Source: Alphaproteobacteria bacterium (GTDB taxonomy: Bacteria > Pseudomonadota > Alphaproteobacteria > UBA828 > JAPUJA01). Taken from it: 64,000 nt of DNA. The DNA is taken from NCBI GenBank assembly GCA_963694715.1, contig CAVOEB010000005.1:3447-67446 (forward strand), read 5' to 3'. A program made the translations under genes and the position numbers. Shown piece by piece: positions 28,161 through 36,662 of this stretch; within the stretch, counting starts at the first letter, position 1, and each line of letters starts with the position of its first letter. Below the pieces are notes generated by a model. That model saw only the letters and a program-made list of their open reading frames with translations. It was not told the DNA's origin and made no database searches.

Positions 28161-29408
28161 TTGCCCGAGCCGGCGCCGGCTCGGCGCCTCAACGGCGACC
28201 AGAGTGCCGACTGGGTGGCCATCGGCGCGGGTTATACGGGGCTTGCCGCCGCCAGGCGCCTGGCCGAACACCGCCCGGGTGAGCGGATTTTGCTGCTCGA
28301 GGCCCGGCGCATAGGCCTCGGCGCATCTGGCCTCAATTCGGGCTTTGCGATCGATATTCCTCACAGCGTGAATGGCGCCACGGAAGACAGCCACCGACTT
28401 TACCGCCTTTGCTGTGCCGGCGTCGCGCTGCTGCGCGACGCCGTCGAAGCCGGGCAGATCGATTGCCAGTGGAGCGAGCGGGGCAAACTGCACTGCGCGC
28501 TCGCGGACACGGGCATGCGCGAGCTCGACGCGCTCTGCGCCGAACTCGATCACCTTGGCACACCCTACGAGCGGCTCGACGGCACAGCGCTCGCGGCGCG
28601 GATTGGTACGCCCTACTACCGCGCTGCGGTGCACACTCCGGGCACCGCCCTGATGCAGCCCGCGGCGCTTGCACGCGGCCTGGCAACGAGCCTGCCAGAA
28701 ACCGTCGAGCTTTACGAGGAGACGCCAGTTCGAGCGATCAAACCGGGCCGGCCGGTCCGACTCACCACGCCCTGCGCCACGATTGCCGCGCCGCACGTGC
28801 TGCTCGCGACTAAACATCCCATGATGGCACTGGCGGGGCTCGATAAACGGCTGTTTCCCGTGAGTACCTTCGCGAGCCTGACCCGGCCCCTGACGGCTAC
28901 GGAACAGGCCGAGCTGGGCGGCGAAGCGGACTGGGGCGTGATCCCGGGCCAGCGCATGGGCACGACGATGCGCTATACCCAGGATCGACGCCTTCTGATA
29001 CGCAACATCTTCCGCTACACACCGAATTTTCTGGCCGGCGAGGCAGCTTGGCGGCGAATTAAGGCGCAGCACAGCCGCTCGTTCGAGAAGCGCTTTCCCA
29101 TGCTGGGCGCCGTGCAGTTCGAACATAACTGGAGCGGCGCACTCTCGATGGCGCAAAACGGCAACGGTTTTTTCGGGCCAACCGGTGAGGGAGTACTCGC
29201 CTCGCTCGGCTGCAACGGGGTCGGGGTGGGGAAAGGAACGATCTTCGGGGCTATGCTGGCGGATTATGCCGTAGGCGCGGGCTCGGACCTTCTCGACGAC
29301 ATGCTAGCTCTGCCCGGCCCAAGCCGTCTGCCGCCCCGGCCGATCCTAAACCTCGCCGTACCCTTCATGATCAACCGGCGCCAACGCGTTGCGGGCCGAG
29401 ATTTATGA
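28161..29408 (+). CDS. FAD-dependent oxidoreductase, gamma-glutamylputrescine-oxidase (PuuB)-like
   Basis: 415 aa from the TTG at 28161, with DWVAIGAGYTGLAAARRLAE and GLGASGLNSGF. Conserved-looking N-terminal residues (...HDPRIGGWYAQ) lie upstream in the same frame but have no start codon. See the C9 finding. Confidence 0.75.
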   Translation: MPEPAPARRLNGDQSADWVAIGAGYTGLAAARRLAEHRPGERILLLEARRIGLGASGLNSGFAIDIPHSVNGATEDSHRLYRLCCAGVALLRDAVEAGQIDCQWSERGKLHCALADTGMRELDALCAELDHLGTPYERLDGTALAARIGTPYYRAAVHTPGTALMQPAALARGLATSLPETVELYEETPVRAIKPGRPVRLTTPCATIAAPHVLLATKHPMMALAGLDKRLFPVSTFASLTRPLTATEQAELGGEADWGVIPGQRMGTTMRYTQDRRLLIRNIFRYTPNFLAGEAAWRRIKAQHSRSFEKRFPMLGAVQFEHNWSGALSMAQNGNGFFGPTGEGVLASLGCNGVGVGKGTIFGAMLADYAVGAGSDLLDDMLALPGPSRLPPRPILNLAVPFMINRRQRVAGRDL

Positions 29409-29737
29409 GCAGCGCTTCGAGCGCCCGTTCAGTGCTCCGCGATTCTGAACGCCGCGAGTTCTATTTCAAGCTCATCGATATGCACCTTCAAGGCGTCAAT
29501 CATCGGTTCGAGATCCTCTAGGGTGTCTCGCGGCGTTTGACGTCCCAGGCCGCGAGCGTGAATACGACCGCCCGCTCGGGTTTTCCCGTGTCGGCGGGCT
29601 GGGTAGCTGGTGTTGAAGACCAAATTAGATAGGCTTATTTGTATCATCGAGGAGGAGCCTAATTAGGACTCCCTCATTGTTTTTCCGCACCCAAATGCGG
29701 TACAAGCTCCTATCGGAGAGGCGCCTGAAATAACGTC

Positions 29738-30631
29738 ATGAAAACCGAAGATATTCTCTCCAATAAGCCGTTGGTCCTGAGCCAGGCACAGCGCGAATCC
29801 TATTTCGAGACCGGCTATCTTCTGCTCGAACGCTTCGTCCCGCAGGACTGGCTCGAGCGGCTTCGCGTGCTCGCGGACGGGTTCGTCGAGATGAGCCGGG
29901 CGCTCACGGAGTCGGACGGAACACTCGATCTCGAACCCAACCACACGGCCGCCTTGCCCCGGTTGCGACGGTTGTGCGATCCCGTCGAGCATCACCCCGT
30001 GTTTTGGGAATTCACTTCCCGTGGACCGATCGTCGATCTGGCCGCCGATCTCGTCGGACCGGACGTCAAGTACCACCACTCCAAGCTAAACTTCAAATGG
30101 GGCGGCGGCGGCGAAGAAGTGAAATGGCATCAGGACATTCAGTTCTTTCCCCACTCCAACTACTCGCCGCTCACCATCGGCGTCTATCTCGAAGACGTCG
30201 ACGACGCCATGGCGCCCATGGGCGTGATCCCGGGCAGCCACGAGGGTGAACTGTTCGACCTCTACAACGAAGACGACGTCTGGACCGGTGCGATCCGGGA
30301 GGCGGACCTCAGTCGCGTCTCGTTAGAAAAGGCCGTCTTCCTGCCCGGTCCCAAGGGCTCGGTGACGATCCACAACTGCCGCACCGTTCACGGTTCGAAG
30401 CCTAACACGGCAGCGTGCGCAAGGCCGCTGTTGCTGCAGACCTACACCTCAGCGGATGCATTGAAGCTGACCAACTTCACTGACAACCTGATCCATTCCA
30501 ACCAGATCGTTCGGGGCAAGCCGGCCCGCTGGGTCGACTTCGATCCCCGCCCCTGCCTGATTCCGCCCGACTGGTCGAAAGGCTATACCTCGATCTTCGC
30601 ACTCCAGCAGGAGGAGGAGGCTAAGACCTAA
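29738..30631 (+). CDS. Phytanoyl-CoA dioxygenase (PhyH) family Fe(II)/2-oxoglutarate oxygenase
   Basis: 297 aa with VKWHQDIQFF (H-x-D facial triad) and distal VTIHNCRTVHGSKPN (His plus Arg). Confidence 0.8.
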   Translation: MKTEDILSNKPLVLSQAQRESYFETGYLLLERFVPQDWLERLRVLADGFVEMSRALTESDGTLDLEPNHTAALPRLRRLCDPVEHHPVFWEFTSRGPIVDLAADLVGPDVKYHHSKLNFKWGGGGEEVKWHQDIQFFPHSNYSPLTIGVYLEDVDDAMAPMGVIPGSHEGELFDLYNEDDVWTGAIREADLSRVSLEKAVFLPGPKGSVTIHNCRTVHGSKPNTAACARPLLLQTYTSADALKLTNFTDNLIHSNQIVRGKPARWVDFDPRPCLIPPDWSKGYTSIFALQQEEEAKT

Positions 30632-30689
30632 CGGCGTTCGGGCACGCGGTACCCGAGCGCCTTGGTTCATGCTATGACGCGAGGAGTGC

Positions 30690-30766
30690 GCGCCCGTAGC
30701 TCAGCCGGATAGAGCACCAGATTCCTAATCTGGGGGTCACAGGTTCAAATCCTGTCGGGCGCACCA
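30690..30766 (+). tRNA. tRNA-Arg (anticodon CCU)
   Basis: Cloverleaf read by hand: acceptor GCGCCCG/CGGGCGC, D arm GCTC..GAGC, anticodon stem CCAGA/TCTGG with loop TTCCTAA, T arm ACAGG-TTCAAAT-CCTGT, discriminator A and encoded CCA. Confidence 0.92.
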
Positions 30767-30815
30767 ATCTTTTCAATGGGTTGGGAATAATGCTCGTATA
30801 AAAAATTTATATTAT

Positions 30816-32999
30816 CTAACTCGATAGTTTTGGGTAGGCGTCCTGGCCCCAGATTTGGCGCTCGCGGATATAGTCGAGCGGCTTTTGCGGGTTGGCAGAT
30901 TCGAACTCGCGCGCGATCCGGTGGCCCTCGAAAATCGACATCTGGATAAACCGCGGGGTTTGGCCGTCGCCGGTTTCGTAGATCGCCTGAATATCGTTCT
31001 TTACCCATTCGGCTTTCCGCGCCTTCAGCTCGCTGAACAGCTCGCGGTGTGACACGCGCGAGGTCACCAGCACCACGGAATCACACTCCACTTTCGTCAC
31101 GTCCGTGCTAGCGCGCCGTGGCAGCACCCCGGCCTTGGGCGGCAAGGTGAACTCGGCGCCGTCGCGGTAGGCGTAGGCGAGCGAAAGCGTGACGCTCCCG
31201 GAAACGTCGACCACCTCGACCCAGTGAAGCAGGTGCTGGGCAATACCCTTGTCGTGGAGCTGGCGCTGCAGGTTGGGCGCTTCGAGCGTCAGGGTCGTAT
31301 AGGGTGCGATCTCGCCGAACTGGGTGACCATCGAGACCGTCTTTCCCTGGTCCGCGAGATACTCCGCCATGCCGACCCCGGTGAAGTAGCCGTCACCGTC
31401 GATCACGACGACCCGCTCGCCGGTTTCCTTGCCGGCCATGATCTGCTCGGGCGTGCAGAACTGGGGCAGATTTGCGTCGACACCGGCGATGGCCGGCCCG
31501 TAGTCGTTTGCACTGGCGCCGTCGGTGGCCCAGTGCGCGCCGACCGCGACAACCACCTTATCCGCCCCGTAGGTCAGGATATCGTCCGCCGTCATCTTGC
31601 CTACACCCGTATGCAACTCGACGTTGACGAGCTTCGCAATCTGGTTTTCCCGGTAGGAGACGACGCGGCCCCATTCCGACAGGCCGGGATAGCGCGAGAC
31701 GTCGCGGATATGCCCGCCGACCGTACTCGAAGCTTCGCGCAAATGCACATCGTAGCCGCGCACCCCCAGAACCCGCGCGCATTCCAGCCCGGCCGGTCCC
31801 GCGCCCACCACGAGGACCGAGCAGGGTTCGCTCGTCTGGGTGAATTTTTCCGGGTGCCAACCGCGCCGGTACTCCTCCATCGCGGTCGCGTTCTGCGTGC
31901 AGACGAGCGGCGGGCCGTCCAGGGCGAATTGCGAGATGCAGATGTTGCACCCGATGCATTCGCGAATATCGTCGGGTCTGCCCTCATCGATCTTCTTGGG
32001 CAGAAACGGGTCCGCGATCGAGGGCCGCGCCGCGCCGATCAGATCGAGCTCGCCGCCCTCGATCATGCGCACCATGGCGTCGGGCTCGGTGACGCGGTTG
32101 ACCCCGATTACGGGCACGTTTGCCACCGCCTTAACGGCCTTGGTCGCCCAGGTCTGGTAGCCCGCCTTGAAGAAGCGCGACGGCCCCGCGTCGTTGCCCC
32201 ATTCCATGAAAAACGAAAGCTTGATGTTCCACACATCCGCCACCCCCTCGCGGGTGACCAGTTCCACGAAGCGCAGCCCCTCGTCTTCCAGCTCCATGCC
32301 CGCCGGCCCCATGAGGCTATCGATCGCGACGCGGGTTCCGATCGCCGCGCTATCGCCGACCGCACCCTTGACCGCCGAGAGCACCTCAATCCAGAAGCGC
32401 GCACGGTTCTCCAGCGAACCGCCCCAGCGATCGGCCCGTTTGTTGTACATGGGCATCAGGAACTGCGCCGGTAGCGAGGATTCCGAGCCGATGATCTCGA
32501 TATAGTCGAAGCCCGCGTCGACGGCCCGTTGGGCGGCGAGAACGTATTGTCCGATCAGCTCGCTGATGTCGTCCTCGTCGCACTCGTAGCAGTAGTTCTG
32601 GTAGGCCGCCTCCGAGACATAGGCGCTGGGCCCCCGGGTGATGCAGAGCGAATCCCGGGCCTGGACATGGGCGCCGCCATGCCACAGCTGAATCCCCGCC
32701 AGCGCGCCGTGCTTGTGCACGCTCTCGGCCGTATGACGCAGGTTGATCACGTCGCCCTCGTCCCAGATCCGGGCACAGATATGGGGCGAATCGTCGGTTT
32801 CCGGCGAAATCGCGGTGAACTCGACACACACCGTCCCCCAGCCCCCTTCGGCCTTGGTCGCCCGGAAGGCGGCCTGGGCGCCGGGCCGAATGGTTCCGGC
32901 ATTGTTGCAGTGCGGGACCTGAAAGAAACGGTTTGGCGTGATCTTGGGGCCGATTTTCAGCGGCTCGAACAAGACATCGTGGCGTGGATCGCGTGGCAT
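30816..32999 (-). CDS. Trimethylamine/dimethylamine/histamine dehydrogenase-family flavoprotein (FMN, 4Fe-4S, ADP-binding)
   Basis: 727 aa, close over its length to remembered TMADH sequence: PRDPRHDVLFEPLKIGPK, VPHC (Cys for 6-S-cysteinyl FMN), RIWDEGDV, CIGCNICIS...C cluster motif, VLVVGAGPAG. Confidence 0.85.
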   Translation of the reverse strand: MPRDPRHDVLFEPLKIGPKITPNRFFQVPHCNNAGTIRPGAQAAFRATKAEGGWGTVCVEFTAISPETDDSPHICARIWDEGDVINLRHTAESVHKHGALAGIQLWHGGAHVQARDSLCITRGPSAYVSEAAYQNYCYECDEDDISELIGQYVLAAQRAVDAGFDYIEIIGSESSLPAQFLMPMYNKRADRWGGSLENRARFWIEVLSAVKGAVGDSAAIGTRVAIDSLMGPAGMELEDEGLRFVELVTREGVADVWNIKLSFFMEWGNDAGPSRFFKAGYQTWATKAVKAVANVPVIGVNRVTEPDAMVRMIEGGELDLIGAARPSIADPFLPKKIDEGRPDDIRECIGCNICISQFALDGPPLVCTQNATAMEEYRRGWHPEKFTQTSEPCSVLVVGAGPAGLECARVLGVRGYDVHLREASSTVGGHIRDVSRYPGLSEWGRVVSYRENQIAKLVNVELHTGVGKMTADDILTYGADKVVVAVGAHWATDGASANDYGPAIAGVDANLPQFCTPEQIMAGKETGERVVVIDGDGYFTGVGMAEYLADQGKTVSMVTQFGEIAPYTTLTLEAPNLQRQLHDKGIAQHLLHWVEVVDVSGSVTLSLAYAYRDGAEFTLPPKAGVLPRRASTDVTKVECDSVVLVTSRVSHRELFSELKARKAEWVKNDIQAIYETGDGQTPRFIQMSIFEGHRIAREFESANPQKPLDYIRERQIWGQDAYPKLSS

Positions 33000-33013
33000 G
33001 GTTGGTCTTTCCC

Positions 33014-33436
33014 CTAGTTCTTCTCACCGTAGACAGGCAGCGCTTCGGGTGCCGGCGGCTCGCCTCCGAGAATCATATCTGTAGCCTTTTCGGCGATCAT
33101 GATAACGGCTGCATTCAATTTCGCACTCACAATCGAGGGCATGACCGAGGCATCGACCACCCGCAAGCCCTCGATGCCGTGCAGGCGCAGGCTCGGGTCG
33201 ACCACGGCAGCTTCATCCGTGCCCATCTTGGCGCTGCCGCAGGGATGATATTCCGTGTCCGCCGCGGCGCGGACGAAGGCGTCGATCTGCTCGTCGGAGC
33301 GGACCTCTGGGCCAGGCGAAATTTTCCACCTCCGGAAGGCGTCGAACGCCGGCTGGGCGAAGATTTCTTGGGTGCGCCGGACCCCTTCGCGCGCGACGCG
33401 CCGGTCCTCTTCCTCCGCTAGGTAATTGGCTTTGAT
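33014..33436 (-). pseudogene. C-terminal ~140-aa remnant of a GMC oxidoreductase (choline-dehydrogenase-like)
   Basis: ...NYLAEEEDRRVAREGVRRTQEIFAQPAFDAFRRWKISPGPEVRSDEQIDAFVRAAADTEYHPCGSAKMG...LRVVDASVMPSIVSAKLNAAVIMIAEKATDMI matches only the BetA/GMC C-terminus. The FAD-binding N-terminal ~400 aa are absent. Upstream ORF sequence is antisense to the next remnant. Confidence 0.8.
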
Positions 33437-33980
33437 GATCAACGCAGCGACGGGCCTGGTGGGCGCAGCCGGGGTACTACTCGCGCTCGCCATGGGGGCG
33501 GGCCGCATCGTAGCGCTGGGGCGCAAAGAACCTGTACTTAACGAGCTGTGCGCACTCGACCCGCGCCGGGTTTCGGCGCTCAAGATTACCCGCACGGCAG
33601 ATGACGCGCCCGCTATCCTCGACGCAGTCAACGGCGCAGCGGACATCATGCTCGACTGCGTCGGCGACATTCCAGATCCCGTCTCGACCCAGAACGCGCT
33701 CGCTGCCCTGGAACCGTATGGCTGCGCCCTGTTTGTCGGGGGCTGTTTTGGCGATCTCGCGGTCAACTACGAGTGGATGCTGGACAAGCAGATCACCATG
33801 CTCGGATCGAGTTGGTATCCGCGCCAGGGCACCGCTGAGATGGTGGGAATGATCGCCACGGGGGCGCTCGACGCCGAGGCGCTCAGAACGCGGGTGTTCT
33901 CGCTCGACGAAGCGAACGACGCGGTGCAATGGGCGGAGAAAGGACCGGGTGGGCTCGAGCACGCCGCCCTCGTGCCTTGA
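33426..33980 (+). pseudogene. C-terminal (Rossmann-domain) remnant of a medium-chain Zn-dehydrogenase/reductase
   Basis: LMINAATGLVGAAGVLLALAMGAGRIVALGR...DCVGD...LFVGG...SLDEANDAVQWAE corresponds to the cofactor domain and C-terminus of MDR alcohol dehydrogenases. The ~150-aa catalytic N-domain is missing. A TAA at 33423-33425 closes the frame upstream. Confidence 0.75.
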
Positions 33981-34053
33981 GCCGTCAGCGGCTTGACATG
34001 GCCTGGCGCCGTTCGACCTGACAATACCCTCGCCTAACCAAGCGAAGCGAAAC

Positions 34054-34085
34054 AGGCCGGGGCCCCACGTTCGGGGCTCCGGCCT
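34054..34085. terminator. 13-bp GC-rich hairpin between convergent genes
   Basis: AGGCCGGGGCCCC-loop-GGGGCTCCGGCCT (one G-U pair). It is followed by a second small GGCCC-CGAAA-GGGCC hairpin. Confidence 0.45.
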
Positions 34086-34125
34086 ACAATCCTCAAGCCT
34101 GTAGGCCCCGAAAGGGCCGCCGCCG

Positions 34126-35145
34126 TCAGGAATAGTTCGCGCCGTAGCTGGCCCAGTCCCTATCGAATTTCGGGTGGAGCATATCGAGGAGCCCCGCGAG
34201 CCGGGGCTCCTCGTCGGGAAAATACTCCTTCATGCCGATGGCGTATTCCTGCTGCGAGACGAAGTAGTCGGGATCAAGCAGGGTAATCATGACCTCGCCC
34301 AGCACGCGGAGCATCGACATCATCTTGAAGGCGCGAACCTCGTGCAGGGTCGCTTCGATCTCCGCCGAATCGGCATCGGCAAAATAGGTCGCGACCGCGT
34401 AGCGATCCATCGCGTCGTCGGCGTCGATCCAGGTCAGCATGTCGGCAATATCCGACTTCGGGTTGCCGTAGGCCCCAGCATCCCAGTCGATGAACAGGAC
34501 CTCGCCCTTAGGGTTGAACATCATGTTCACATAGGCCAGGTCGTTGTGGGTGAAGACCGGGATAAACGGCCGTATGGCGCGCTCGAGCCGGTCGGTCACG
34601 TCGCGAAAATAAGGCACATCGCCGACCCAGGCCGAGGGCTGAAAATCCGAGGCTGCCACGCCCCGCTCCATGGTGTTGAGATAGCGGCGAATGGTGTGAA
34701 ACGGCCACCAGTAGCTGATCGTCTCCGCGATCGCGTCGGAGTTCGCGTGCAGCAGCTTCATCCGCTCGATGACGTGAGCCATCATCGCGGGTTCCTCGAT
34801 TTGCTCCTCGGTCATGACCGGAGAAGCGATGAAATCCGTGATCGTCAGGTTGGGCTCCCAGTAACGCAAGCAAGGCCCAACGCCCAGCTTGTGGGCCGCG
34901 AGCGTGCATTGGACGACGGAGGTCTGGCGGGTCCGGTATTGATCGACGCCGCAACGGATAGCATAGCGCTTGCCGTCGCCGTCGGTCGCAAAATAGGTAC
35001 GGTTGGTCAGCCCGCCGAAATGCTGCGAGACCTCGACCGCGCCGGTCCATAGGGGCAGGCTGCGGATATAGTTTTGGATCTCTTCGCTCGACCAGCTGCG
35101 CCGAATTCGCGAAATCTCGCTGCACTCGAAAACGGCGTCGCGCAT
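34126..35145 (-). CDS. Phosphotransferase of the APH / choline-ethanolamine-kinase fold
   Basis: 339 aa with Brenner-type motif FTHNDLAYVNMMF and FIDWDAGAYGNPKSDIADM. Last gene of the carboxylase-BVMO operon. Confidence 0.75.
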   Translation of the reverse strand: MRDAVFECSEISRIRRSWSSEEIQNYIRSLPLWTGAVEVSQHFGGLTNRTYFATDGDGKRYAIRCGVDQYRTRQTSVVQCTLAAHKLGVGPCLRYWEPNLTITDFIASPVMTEEQIEEPAMMAHVIERMKLLHANSDAIAETISYWWPFHTIRRYLNTMERGVAASDFQPSAWVGDVPYFRDVTDRLERAIRPFIPVFTHNDLAYVNMMFNPKGEVLFIDWDAGAYGNPKSDIADMLTWIDADDAMDRYAVATYFADADSAEIEATLHEVRAFKMMSMLRVLGEVMITLLDPDYFVSQQEYAIGMKEYFPDEEPRLAGLLDMLHPKFDRDWASYGANYS

Positions 35146-35177
35146 CTCGTTCTCCGGCCGCTGCGGGTGGATCGCCG

Positions 35178-36587
35178 TCAGAACGGCGGCCGCCGTTCGG
35201 CCCAGTTGAGTTCCTGTTCCAGCGCCTGCGCGACGCGCAACGGCGTTGCGTCATCGTGTCGCCAGCCGACGATCTGAAAGCCCGTCGGTAGGCCGTTGCC
35301 GGCAAAGCCCGAGGGCACGGAAATCGCCGGCAAGGTCAGCAAATTAAATGGGAAGGTCATCTCGTAATGGCAGAACTTCCCGTCTTTATCGTCGTGGCCA
35401 AAATTCGACTCCGGTGTTCCAACCTCGATTGCCGGCTGGGCGCTGGTCGGGCAGACCAGCCCGTCATAGCGGGAAAATATGGGCGCGATGGTTTCGGCCA
35501 AGCGGGTGCGAACCAGCTCGGTCCGCTTCAAATCCACTGCGCTTGCGGCCCGGCCACGCTCGACCGCCGCGACTAGGTCGGGCTCCATGCGATCGCGGAA
35601 CTCATCAAGACGATCGCCGACCACGAGGGCCGAGTAGACATCCCAATGGAGCCAGCCCGCCTCGTTGAGCTCGCGGCTCCAGGGCAGCTCGATCTCGTCG
35701 ACCGCAGCGCCCAGCGCGCGGAGCGTCGCGACCATTTTCCGGGTGTTCGCGACGATGTCGGGATCGACCGCGTAGTAGCCGAGATCGATGCTAAACACGA
35801 GTCGCACACCCGCGAGATCGGCCGAACCCGGCAAGGACACGGCAGGCAAGTCGGGTAGCGACGAAAAGTCGCGGTCGTCGGGGCCCTGGGCCGCGTTCAG
35901 AAAGAGCACCGCGTCCGAGACATGGTGGCAAAGCGGGCCAAAGCTGGTGTAGCTGTCGAACTGGCTCGGGAAGATATCGAAGGGGATCCGCCCCAGGCTG
36001 GGCTTGAGCCCCACGATGCCGCAGAACGACGCAGGCAATCGTATGGAACCACCCGCATCGCAGCCCTCGGCCAGCGGCACGCAGCCCGCCGCGACGGCAG
36101 CGGCCGCCCCGCCCGAAGAGCCGCCCGGCTGGTGGTCGAGATTCCAGGGGTTACGCGTCACACCCCAGAGCGGCGTGTCCATCTGGAAGGAATAGGCCAA
36201 CTCCGAGGTCACCGTCTTGCCCACCATGATAGCGCCAGCGTCCCGCAGTCGTTCGACGATCGCAGCATCCTGTTCGGGGATCCAGTTTTCATAGAGATAG
36301 GAGCCCTGGGTGGTGCGCTTGCCCTTGGTCGGCGTCATATCCTTGAACGCTATAGGAACCCCGTGCAACGGGCCCAGTGCCTCGCCTTTCACGACCGCCT
36401 CTTCGGCGGCCCGCGCGGCGGCAAGGGCCTCGTCGGCGTAGACGAAGCAGAAGCAGTTGAGCGCCGGGTTTACTTCCTCGATTCGATCGAGGCAATTTTG
36501 CACCACATCGACCGGGGAGAGCGCCCGGGTTCGGACCGCCGTGGCGATCTCGCCGGCGGACAGGCCGCACAGCTCAGGATCGCTCAT
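35178..36587 (-). CDS. Amidase-signature (AS) family amidase
   Basis: GGSSGGAAAAVAAG signature and a Ser-cisSer-Lys scaffold. Start trimmed to the ATG at 36587 (MSDPELCGLSAGEIA); 36617 is an alternative. Confidence 0.85.
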   Translation of the reverse strand: MSDPELCGLSAGEIATAVRTRALSPVDVVQNCLDRIEEVNPALNCFCFVYADEALAAARAAEEAVVKGEALGPLHGVPIAFKDMTPTKGKRTTQGSYLYENWIPEQDAAIVERLRDAGAIMVGKTVTSELAYSFQMDTPLWGVTRNPWNLDHQPGGSSGGAAAAVAAGCVPLAEGCDAGGSIRLPASFCGIVGLKPSLGRIPFDIFPSQFDSYTSFGPLCHHVSDAVLFLNAAQGPDDRDFSSLPDLPAVSLPGSADLAGVRLVFSIDLGYYAVDPDIVANTRKMVATLRALGAAVDEIELPWSRELNEAGWLHWDVYSALVVGDRLDEFRDRMEPDLVAAVERGRAASAVDLKRTELVRTRLAETIAPIFSRYDGLVCPTSAQPAIEVGTPESNFGHDDKDGKFCHYEMTFPFNLLTLPAISVPSGFAGNGLPTGFQIVGWRHDDATPLRVAQALEQELNWAERRPPF

Positions 36588-36662
36588 GGCTCGATAGCCC
36601 CCCATTTCGACGAGCACGCCGCGACACGCGCGCGCTGAGCCCGCCCCTTCAGGGGGCTGGGC

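Noticed and set aside
29429-29647. 72-aa ORF ending in a coiled-coil-like LEDLEPMIDALKVHIDELEIELAAFRIAEH, considered as an antitoxin or IS remnant.
   Set aside because: There is no partner gene, no recognisable motif, and the N-terminal half is Arg/Gly-rich. It is left unannotated and only mentioned in the tRNA-region finding.
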